A DNA stretch of 63,920 bases, taken from assembly GCF_001194135.2 (NCBI RefSeq), contig NC_068990.1, positions 37,042,084 to 37,106,003 of the forward strand. The letters run 5' to 3'. The position numbers were made by a program, and so were the translations under genes. This DNA comes from Octopus bimaculoides (taxonomy: Eukaryota). Below, piece by piece: positions 53,941 through 63,920 of this stretch (position 1 is the stretch's first letter; each line of letters begins with the position of its first letter). The notes under the pieces are model-generated. The model ran no database searches. It saw only the letters and a list, made by a program, of their open reading frames with translations, and was not told the DNA's origin.

Positions 53941-54777
53941 TAGATTATACATACATATATACATACATATATACATACATATATATATATATATACTTAC
54001 ATATATATGTATCCACAATACATATATTTCTGAGGACAGAAAAAAAAGGCTTCGTTTCTTTTTTCTTTTTTCTTTTTTTTTGTCTTCTAAATGTATTTGG
54101 GTTGTGTTTGGTCAGCAATAGCATACTTAACATTTGTGGCATGGCTCGACTACTTGGTTAATATATCATGTACCACTTCACAGAATGTTCTCTCTCTCTC
54201 TCTCTTTCACTCTCTCTCTCTCTTTGTATATATCCATATATATGTTTCTTCCTTTTATTGTTGGGATATACTCTCCCCTTTTTTTTGGTTTATTTTTATC
54301 TTCGCTTTCTTTTTTCACTATATATATCTATCCATCTGTCTATCTCTCTCTCTCTCTTTCCTTTCTGTACAGCCAATGTCCATTCCCAACTGACTGCAAT
54401 TTTGCTAAATAAATGCCGTTAAAATCACATATTCAATCCAGGAATTATGGTTTGTTAATCTAAGTGATAGTTTAAAAGTGGATTTATTGCTTACATATTG
54501 GTAATTTACTAATCAGTGTTCAATCCTGGACATTGCTTGATTTTTTTTTTTCATTTATATTTTATATTTTACTTCCATTTACTTTTTTTTTGCTCTGGAA
54601 TTATGGGTAAATTCTTTTTTCTCCTCCCTTTTTATATATTCTGTTTCTCTGAAAATCTGAAACTGACCACAGTCATTAAACTAATGCAATATGCATTTAT
54701 GGACTGTCCCTTGTGAGGTCGAATTTTCTGAGATGATAGAAGGGGAGAAGGGAGAGAGAAATAGACAGAGAGAGCGG

Positions 54778-54814
<37 letters not shown>

Positions 54815-55463
54815 CAGCAGCAGAGACAGACACAGAGAGAAAGAGAGGGAGAGAAAAAGAAAGAGAAATGTTATACATGTGTGTGTAAATATGTCTGTAC
54901 ACACGTAAGCACGCCCACACATACATGCACACAAGCATACAAACATATATATATATATANNNNNNNNNNNNNNNNNNNNNNNNNNNNNNNNNNNNNATAT
55001 ATATAGGGAGAGAGAGAAGTAGATAGACTGATAGTTTGATAGACACAGAGATAGTGAATTGTAGGTGAAAACAAACAAAATCAGACTGATTGGCGAAAGG
55101 AAGGAGGCAGAGAGACAAAGGGACAAAGCTGGATAGAGATAGAGAGAGGTAAGGTGATAGAGATAGAAATAGCAAGGCAGAGACACACAGACAGATCGCT
55201 AGAGAAAGAAATTCTATGATGGCTGCCAATATAGAATTTTACTGTATCTTTATAGACTTAGTGAAGTTTCCAAGAATGCAATTAAACATGTAATTAGACA
55301 ATTTCATGTCCATAATTTCTGCCAGATCTCCCTTGGTGGAACTAAAATATTTACCAAAATCAGGAAGAATTGTAACTCTCCATATGTTTCAATTCAAAGA
55401 ACACAGGGATCACAGTTATTCCTGGGAGCCATTAACTTACTACCACTGCTGCTACTACTACTA

Positions 55464-55503
<40 letters not shown>

Positions 55504-55544
55504 CATTGTTGATGCTGCTTTTGCAGATAATAATACTCCTTCTA

Positions 55545-55745
55545 GTAAAGGCACAAGACCTGAAACTTTGGGGGAGGGGACTAGTCGATTACATTGTCTC
55601 CAGTATTTGACTAATACTAAATTTATTGACCTCGAAAGAATGTAAAGCAAAGTCAACCTTGGTAGGATTTGAACTCTGAACGTAAAGACAGATGAGATGC
55701 CACTAAGCATTTTTCTCAGCATGCTAACGATTCTGCCAGCTTGTA
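55545..55745 (-). mobile_element. Family A SINE
   Basis: Reverse-complement consensus match. Confidence 0.82.
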
Positions 55746-55769
55746 GTGGTTTTGGGCAAATCTAGGGCA

Positions 55770-56235
55770 TTCATTCATGATATGGGCAATGGTTTCATTT
55801 ACTCTGTTGCTGATACAGGACAGTGGAGACACTTGCCCATTTCTAAAGCTGATCCTCCAGTTTATAGCCAAAGCTTGGTCCTGCGCTGTCAGTATAGTGC
55901 TCTCGGTCTCTTTTTTTAAGTGTTTCTTTCTTCAGCCAATCCCACCTATTTTTTCCAGCAACTTCCATTGTGGCTACATGGAATTGATTGTGTAGTCCCT
56001 TCTTGTGTAATTCTTCTTCATGTAGCCACAATGGAAGTTGCTGGAAAAAATAGGTGGGATTGGCACTTCTTCCTTTGTTTTTCCTTTTTTTTCTCTGCTT
56101 CAATACTCCCTCATTTCTAACTGACACTAGCAAGGTTTCCTTACTTTGGGCTAGGTATCTCATTAAGCTCTTGAGTTTGATATGCCTGCAGTCTTCCACA
56201 CTTCCCAATCCTCTTCCTCCATTTGCTCTCTTCAT
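55770..56235 (-). mobile_element. R4/Dong-type RLE non-LTR retrotransposon fragment (post-RT region)
   Basis: KRANGGRGLGSVED..SLMRYL..KGLHNQF..WDWLKK, then shifted LKKETESTILTAQDQALATN. Confidence 0.8.
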
Positions 56236-56249
56236 GTATAGGTGATATT

Positions 56250-56520
56250 ATTGTCATTGTTATTATTATTATTACGCACATAACAGATTAGACTGTTGGA
56301 AAACAAAAATTCCTAATATCGGGCTACAACAAGTAACCTTAGATGCCAAGAACCCTCCTAAGTATCTTAGCTGTCCCTAATAACACTGTTTTCTGGAGCT
56401 GTACTAAACTGGGTTTTATGCCTATTTCGTCTATTCATCTGCTCAAATCTGTAGGGACAGTTTCCAGTGTGCCTATAACTACTGGGATACATTTTACATG
56501 CACTTTCCATAATAAATGAA
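56250..56520 (-). mobile_element. R4/Dong-type element 3' end (RLE C-terminus) with (TAA)n tail
   Basis: LWKVHVKCIPVVIGTL..QLQKTVLLGTAKILRRVLGI*. Confidence 0.8.
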
Positions 56521-56559
56521 ATCATCCTCATCACTGCCACTATCATCATCACTATTATC

Positions 56560-57545
56560 ATATGAAAACTCCCAGCTAACTTTCCTGGGTATGAAGGAAA
56601 GAGTCAGCTGTCCACAGCCAGCAGACTAAGGTGACACTTGTTTATTGGTCAAGCTTCAAGAACTCTGCAATGAATTCTTGCAGTTCCAAGCAATACTGAT
56701 TTTTGCAGGTGTTCTACATTTACACTTTATCAATCATTTTGTGCCATGTTGGTAGTTGAGTGCTGATACTTCCAAGTGCACCAATTACTATTGGTATCAT
56801 GTCTACTCTCTTCATTGACCACAACCTTAGTATTTCTCATTTTCAATCGTCATAGTTGTTTATCTTTTCTTCTTCTTTCATTTTAATCCTGTTGTCACCG
56901 GGGCATGCTTTGTTGATTATCATACATGTCCCTTCTTTTTTATTCACCATAACAATGTCCAGTTTCCAATGTCTGGTGGGATGATTTCACTGGATCATTG
57001 CATCCCACAGGATTTTGTAGTTCTCATTTTTGGTGACTTCTTCTGGGGTTTGCTGATATCATGTCTCTGCTCTTTGTAGGCGACGATTTCCACAAAGTTC
57101 CCAATGGATTATTCTTGCTAGATTGTCATGGTGTCTTTTGTATTCACGTTGTGCCAATTTCAAGTATTTGCAAACATTGTGCCAAACCATTTCATCCCTC
57201 TCACCACACATTCTGCATTTGTCGCCATAAGTAGTGTTGTCAATTCTGCACTTCATATAATTGGTCCTTAATACTTGCTCCTGAGCTGCGCATATGAGTG
57301 TTTTCTGTCTCTCTCTTAAGGTCACTCTTCGTCATCCATAGCCACCAGTCTTCTTACCTGTCTTGGCATTCACATCTCTTGCAAACCAAACTAACTGTAC
57401 ATTTTCTTTTCCTTCCATTCTTTTTCTTTTTTGTTCATCTCTTGTTTAAATTTTTCTTTAGTTACACAATTTTCGGTGTTGATGACACCAGCCTTCTTCA
57501 TGTGTTTTAATAGTAACTCCACTGCATTTTTTTATATACCACCCT
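56560..57545 (-). mobile_element. R4/Dong-type element 3' portion (CCHC zinc knuckle plus restriction-like endonuclease)
   Basis: ICAAQEQVLRTN..DKCRMCGERDE.VWH.V..LAQREYKRHHDNLARIIHWELC, KILWD, IPIVIGALGS and VLLGTARI..VLEA*. Confidence 0.88.
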
Positions 57546-58089
57546 AGGCTATTATTATTATTATTATTATTATTGTCATTATTATTATTATTATCTTAAT
57601 TTGTATCTTTATGAAGGTAGAGTCTGAACGAAATCCAAGCATCTTAACAAGACTGTTGATCCATCAACCAATGATTCAGCTTTATGTGAACCCAGGTACT
57701 GAATTGCACATGCATTGATTTAATGCCTGCCACTTCAACTCCTTAGTGTCCTAGACCATCATGGTGATGGTGCCCATGTATGTTGATACTGCCTTTGTGC
57801 ATCCCATCCAACTGTAAGAAGGATGCCCCTTACCTCAAACAGCTCAATTTTTGTTCCTGCAATGACTTGAGGGCTGAAATCCTCATGATCCTTGTTTTAA
57901 CATCATCTTTACCATGGTTGCATTCCATGGACAGAATTTATTGAGGCAGATTTTCTACAATCAGATGTCCTTCTTGTAACCAACTCACAGCTGTCTCCAA
58001 AGAAACTGATATTTCTTCATAGCTAGACATGTCTTTGCTGAATATTGGAAATGAATTACACTGCTTGTATGACGGTGACACTCATTTAC

Positions 58090-58151
58090 AACTATAATGT
58101 GATGTTATGACCAGGAAATACATGCACACACACACACATACACGCACGCAC

Positions 58152-58184
<33 letters not shown>

Positions 58185-58575
58185 TGAATGACAGATTCTT
58201 TTCAGTTTCTTATTTCTTTATTGCCCTCAAGGGGCTAAACAGGGAGGGGACAAACAAGGACAGACAAAGGGATTAAGTCGATTACATCGATCCCAGTGCG
58301 TAACTTGTACTTAATTCATCGACCCCAAAAGGATGAAAGGCAAAGTCGGCCTCGGCAGAATTTGAACTCAGATTGTAGCGGCAGACGAAATACTGCTATG
58401 CATTTCGCCCGCCGTATTAACGTTTCTGCCAGCTTACCGCCTTAATCTTTTCAGTTTCTGTCAACCAATTAATTAGCAAAAGCTTTAGTTGGTGCAGGAC
58501 CATAGTGGAAGATATTTGCCCAAAGTGCCACGCAATGGGACTAAACCACAAAACCTGTGGTTGGGAAGTAAATGC
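58090..58575 (-). mobile_element. Family B SINE interrupted by a family A SINE (58211-58445) with 14-bp TSD
   Basis: TSD TCTTTTCAGTTTCT at 58197-58210 and 58446-58459. Confidence 0.85.
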
Positions 58576-59159
58576 GCAAGTAATTTGATAAGCATGTAGA
58601 CTAGTTTATAAATCAACTAAAAGGTTACTGGCAAACTAGCTGAGAATCCCTCATCATCACCATCATCGTCGTCATCGTCGTCGTCGTCATCATCATCATC
58701 ATCACCATCGTCATCATCAAAATCATTGTACTTTTGCAACCTGGAGGAATTCATGTAGATTCAACTAACCAAAAACAATAGATATAGAATGAAGCTCAGT
58801 AAAAAAAAGAAAAAAAATCTATAAACTGGTTATGATGCTGCTGCTGATGATGATGATGATGATGCTGATGCTGGGGAGGGGGAGGAGGAGGAGGACAGTG
58901 GTGATGGTGAGGTTGGTGACAATAGAAATGTTGATGATGATGATAATGACAATGAGAATGACAAAAGAGGTTGGAGAAATTTGAACAGAATTTCTTAAAT
59001 TGTCATTGGTCAGCTGAGTATCGTACCAGATTAAATAAAGTACCCTTGACCAAGTGACCAAGACTTTCGAATTGACCATAAGGATGTCACATTTGGTAAC
59101 AAACTTCTGTCCACCAGTACTGCATCCCACCCCTTTAGTGTTTGTGTAGTGGATATATA

Positions 59160-59168
59160 TATATAGGG

Positions 59169-59203
<35 letters not shown>

Positions 59204-59712
59204 GGGGGTGAGAGAGAGAAGGGGTGAGAGAGAAGGTGGTGAGAGAGAAAAAGAGAGAACAGATAAGTGAGAGGATGAGAAAGGGAAAGAAAGGGAGTGA
59301 ATGAGTGAGAGAGAGAAGGGGTGAGAGAGAAGGGGGAGAGAGAAGGGGGAGAGAGAAAGAGAGAGCAAAGAGAGAGATGGGGTGAAAAAAAAGAAAGGGA
59401 GAGAAAGCAAGTGAGAGACAAAGAAAGGGAGTGAATGAGTGAGAGAAAAGGAGGGAGAAGAGAGAGAAAGAGAAGGGGTGAGAGAGAAGGGGGTGAGAAA
59501 GAAAAGGGGTTGAGAGAGAAAGGGAGAGAGTGAGAGAGTGTGAAAGAAAGGAATGAGTGATGGAGAAAGAGAGAGAGAAGGGAGAGTGGGGGTGAAAGAG
59601 ACAAAGGGAGAGAGAGCAAGTGAGAGAGAAAGAGAGAGAGAAGGAGAGAGAGAAGGAGAGAGAGAAGGAGAGAGAGAAGGAGAGAGAGAAGGAGAGAGAG
59701 AAAGCAAGGTAG
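59160..59712 (+). repeat. Long polypurine (GA-rich) tract including (GAGAGAGAGAAG)n
   Basis: About 550 bp almost devoid of pyrimidines on the + strand. Confidence 0.9.
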
Positions 59713-59829
59713 ATTGATGCCAGAAGAGAAGGAAATAGACAAACAGGGTTTAACTGAAATAACGAGAGCAATAAGCATTTCTAATTTAGACTTAAGGCCA
59801 ATAATTTCAAGGGGAGAGGGGTTAGTCAT

Positions 59830-59995
59830 TACTATCAACCCCAGTACTTGACTGGTGTGTTTATTTTATTGACACCAGAAGGATGAAAGGCAAAGTTGAC
59901 CTTGTTGGAATTTGAACCCAGAACATAAAGAGGCTGAAACAAATACCACAAAGCATTTTTCCAATGCTCTAACAATTCTATCCAGCTCAGCAATA
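59830..59995 (-). mobile_element. Family A SINE
   Basis: Reverse-complement consensus match. Confidence 0.75.
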
Positions 59996-60951
59996 AAAGA
60001 TGGATCAAGAAAGACCTGAAAGGAAAGACCTGATTATGTCCCATATAATTAATCAGTGGGATTTCATATAACCCTAACCCCTCTGCCTCTACTTTCATCT
60101 TTCACACCTTTAAACACCCACCACCACCACTGCCGTCGCCACTACTATCGCCATCACTTCCACCATCACCACCACCACCACCATGCATGTTAATATTTCT
60201 TTAATTTCTGTTGTCTTGGAGCCAATATTGACCTTTAAGGTCATCTATTGCTACCCTTCCCCACCTTCAACCGCCAACACTCTCNNNNNNNNNNNNNNNN
60301 NNNNNNNNNNNNNNNNNNNNNNNNNNNNNNNNNNNNNNNNNNNNNNNNNNNNNNNNNNNNNNNNNNNNNNNNNNNNNNNNNNNNNCCCACCCACCCACTC
60401 GCCCAATATGATCCCTACCATAGCGTCAGGCCTTAAGCAAGTTTCACTACCCCCTCCTTCCATCACCAAATGAACATTCCACATCAGTGATCTAACCAGA
60501 CATTCCTAATGCACATACACACATACACAGAGGCACAAACATGGACACGCATTCACATGCATGCACATACACACACACAATGAAGAGAATTCTTTAAGGT
60601 TCTGGCAGGCTTTTTTTTTCCAGTGGAGGGAGTCAAAAGGGATGCGGATGGGGGTGGGCAGTTGGCATGAGAGTAGAGTGAGGGGGTGGGGGTTAAGGTG
60701 TGGCTACTCGGATCTTCTTGCTTCTTATCCATTGCCTCCAATTTCTTCTTTCATTATTTTCAATTATTTTCTTTCATTCTTCTTTTTTTTCTTCTCTTCC
60801 TCTCTCCTTCCTCCTCCTCCTCCTCCCTACCCTCCTCCTTCTCTCCCCTTTGTCTTTTCCTGCTGTTCTTTGTTTATTGTTGTTATATCCCTACATACAT
60901 ATACACATATGAATGTGTGTATATGCACACATATGAATGTGTAAAATTCAT

Positions 60952-60984
<33 letters not shown>

Positions 60985-60990
60985 TATATA

Positions 60991-61023
<33 letters not shown>

Positions 61024-61118
61024 AATATATACACACACATGTACAATCCATCTATTTGTCTGTCTGTCTGTCACTTTCATTTTCTCTACACTCTCATTCT
61101 CTCTACATATCAACATAT

Positions 61119-61167
<49 letters not shown>

Positions 61168-61454
61168 TAGAAATATATGTGTATATGTATAGGGTGTATG
61201 TTTGCACACACATATATATATATACAGATGTATCCGCTGTGTAATTTCTGTCGCATTACTCCAGCCAATTTTTGTCCTGACTCATTTCATCCTAAAACAC
61301 ATCCTTATCTCTTACCACTGCCACATGTCACCCTTCCTCCCTTATCACACAATCCTCTTCCTTCAACCCCTGCACCCCCACTCAAACATACAACACTTCT
61401 GTTCTTCTACCACCACCACCACCACCACCACCGTCAACATCAACATTGCTGTCA

Positions 61455-61660
61455 CTGAGCCAGTGAGAAAACCAATATGCTAGAAATAGCAGCCAAACAA
61501 CACCCAAATCATACTTTTATTGTCTTAAAATTAAAATGACACATTGGATAATGCTGTACTAAGTTCCATGAACAAGGGAAAACTATATATTGGTCATGGA
61601 TAGAATATGTATGATCATAGTTCTGTTTACGCAGAGCCTTGCCTAGGGTTAAACAGTATT
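61455..61660 (+). mobile_element. Dispersed repeat family E (other copies at ~37400-37610 +, ~61900-62090 +, ~63105-63370 -, and probably 1-115)
   Basis: Shared motifs CTGCTAGAAATAGCAGCCAAA, GCAGTCCTAGAT and GGTCATGG..GGGCTAAAC. Confidence 0.6.
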
Positions 61661-63549
61661 AACTATATCACCAGCATACCAATAGCAAACATCATCATTG
61701 TAATTAAGCCACCACTCCAACCACCACCACCACCACCACCATGTCTAGACCACAATCATCACTGTTATTACCACGATCACCACCACCTCTGCCAAACTGC
61801 TACAAACACCATTATACCATCATGCGCACCATACCAGCACTACCACCACAACCACCACCACCACTCACAAGAAGTTACTAAAGTGGACTCTATATAGACA
61901 GTCTGCTAGAAATAGTAGTCAAAAATTAAAAAATGTCCCTTAAATCACACTTTGGGGTCTAGAAAAGAAAGCAAACATTTCAGATAGTGCAGTCCTAGAT
62001 ACTCTTAAACACACAAGAACGTCATGGCTGGATTGCATTTTATTTATATATAGATCTGCTTTGACCAATTTGAACCTGGGGCTAAACAACCCATCCCCCA
62101 CCACAACAAAACCCACTGTCTTGAATGCCGCCACCACCACCACCACCATTACTATCACCAGTTTTCATATCTTTTTACCTTAACCATTCTTCATATTTTG
62201 GCATGAGAGAGAGAGAGAGAGAGATGGGTGTTGGTGGTGGTGGTACTGGTAGCAGGGGGTTAGTCTGAGTCATACCACTCACTCACTTACCCATCCTAAA
62301 CTCTCTTAGCCACCAATTACTCTCTCTTCCTTTCTATAATACTTTTTACTTTCATTTTCAAGTATTGCTATCTTACTCTTCTCATCCTTATGAAGTCTAA
62401 AAGCTATTTCCCCACCTCCACCACCACCACCACCACTACCATTACCATTCTTTTTATAGTCTTTCGCTCTTTCTATCACCACCATCCCATCAACTCTCCT
62501 ATCCATTTCTGTCCCTCTCTTTCATTCACTCCACCTCTCTCATTCTCTCTCTCTCTCTCGCTGTCTGAGACTTTGACTTTCTAATCTTTGTTCTTTTTAT
62601 TGTTTTCCTTTTGTCTTGTTTATTGTATCGCTGATTATTTTTCCTCCCTAATATGTGTATATGCATATGGGTGTACGCATAAATGAAGGTAAGTATGTAG
62701 GCTTATGTGTGTGTGCACATGTGTATGTGTATTCATATACATGCGTCCACATCCACCCATAGATATATATATATATATATATATTTATATGTATATATGT
62801 ATGTATATTCATATATATTTATATAATGTGTGTGTTTATATGTACACACATACATATTGCCCTATTGTAACTACTTCTGTTTTCTTCGCCACCACTCATC
62901 TTCCATCTATTTATCTAATAGTCCATCTGTCTATCTGTTTGTCTATCTGTCTGTCTGTCTTTCTGTCTGTGTATCTCACTAAACTTATCTCTCTTTCAAT
63001 TGATATCTCTGTTCATCTATATGTCCATGTTTTCCGCTTTCTATGTGGTGGTGGTGTCGGTGGTGGTGGTATTAGTTATATGGTTTCTGTTATTTTTAGG
63101 TGTTGACTGGTTGGTTACATGTTTAGTCCTAGATCAGCACTGAATGAGCTGTCCTAAGATCAAAGATATTCCAGCTATAACCATTCCATGTTTCATTCAC
63201 ACATAATATATTTAGGACTATACAATTTAATGTATCGCTTTTTTTTTTTTTGACCGTCTCGTCATTTTTATATATCATGGACAACAATGTCTAGACAGCT
63301 AAGCATGATTTAGAGGATATTTAGCTGCAATTTCTAGCAAGTTGAATGACCTTGTACAGATTCAGGTTAAATCATTATCATCATCATCGTTTAATGTCCG
63401 TTTTCCATGCTGGCATGGGTTGGACAGTTGGACAGATATTTGTTAAGCTTTTGTAAATCACTACTAAGCACCAGATGAAAATTTTTTCAGAATTAATAAC
63501 TACAGATTTGAACCTCATTTTGGGGATCAGAAAAGACAGTTTTCAAATT

Positions 63550-63910
63550 ATGTAACTTTGGAAGAGCGATAAGCAGCAATTTTTAAGTTGTAGTGCCCGT
63601 GGCATGTGTAAGGACTTTCGAGCGAGATCGTTGCCAGTGCCCCTGAACTGGCTCTTGTGCGGATCGCACATAAAATACACCATTTTGAGCGTGGCCGTTG
63701 CCAGTACCGCCTGAATGGCCTTCGTGCGGGTGACACATAAAAGCACCCACTACACTCTCTGAGTAGTTGGCGTTAGGAAAGGCATCCAGCTCTAGAAACT
63801 CTGCCAGATCAGATTGGAGCCTGGTGTAGCAACCTGGTTCACCAGTCCTCAGTCAAATCGTCCTACCCATGCTAGCATGGAAAGCAGACGTTAAATGACA
63901 ATGATGAAAG
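63550..63910 (+). mobile_element. RTE-tailed SINE-like repeat, family F
   Basis: Matches the 26960-27262 copy in the opposite orientation and ends in ATGACAATGATGA. Confidence 0.8.
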
Positions 63911-63920
63911 GAGGAGGAGG

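Noticed and set aside
58819-59838. 339-aa Leu/Ser-rich ORF
   Set aside because: It is the antisense translation of the GA-rich tract.

Overview
AT-rich, CpG-depleted, microsatellite-saturated eukaryotic scaffold sequence with many N gaps. The repeat families look like those of an Octopus (coleoid cephalopod) genome; this is recognised from memory, not from a database search. Nearly all supplied ORFs are translations of (AT)n/(GT)n/(ATG)n repeats, N runs or antisense strands. Supportable content: two decayed Tc1/mariner transposons; Penelope-like (PLE) RT and GIY-YIG fragments; an RTE RT fragment; three clustered R4/Dong-type restriction-like-endonuclease LINE fragments; more than 30 tRNA-derived or RTE-tailed SINE copies, some nested with 14-15 bp TSDs; and several foldback/MITE palindromes. 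Short splice-flanked open segments occur on both strands, so the window may be intronic, but no gene could be identified. The most notable signals are two minimal hammerhead ribozyme motifs (one inside a 165-bp self-inverted element with a perfect 14-bp TSD), a ~230-bp palindrome able to form a T-shaped end, a perfect inverted duplication inside a LINE, and systematic CGA>TGA decay of a transposase.
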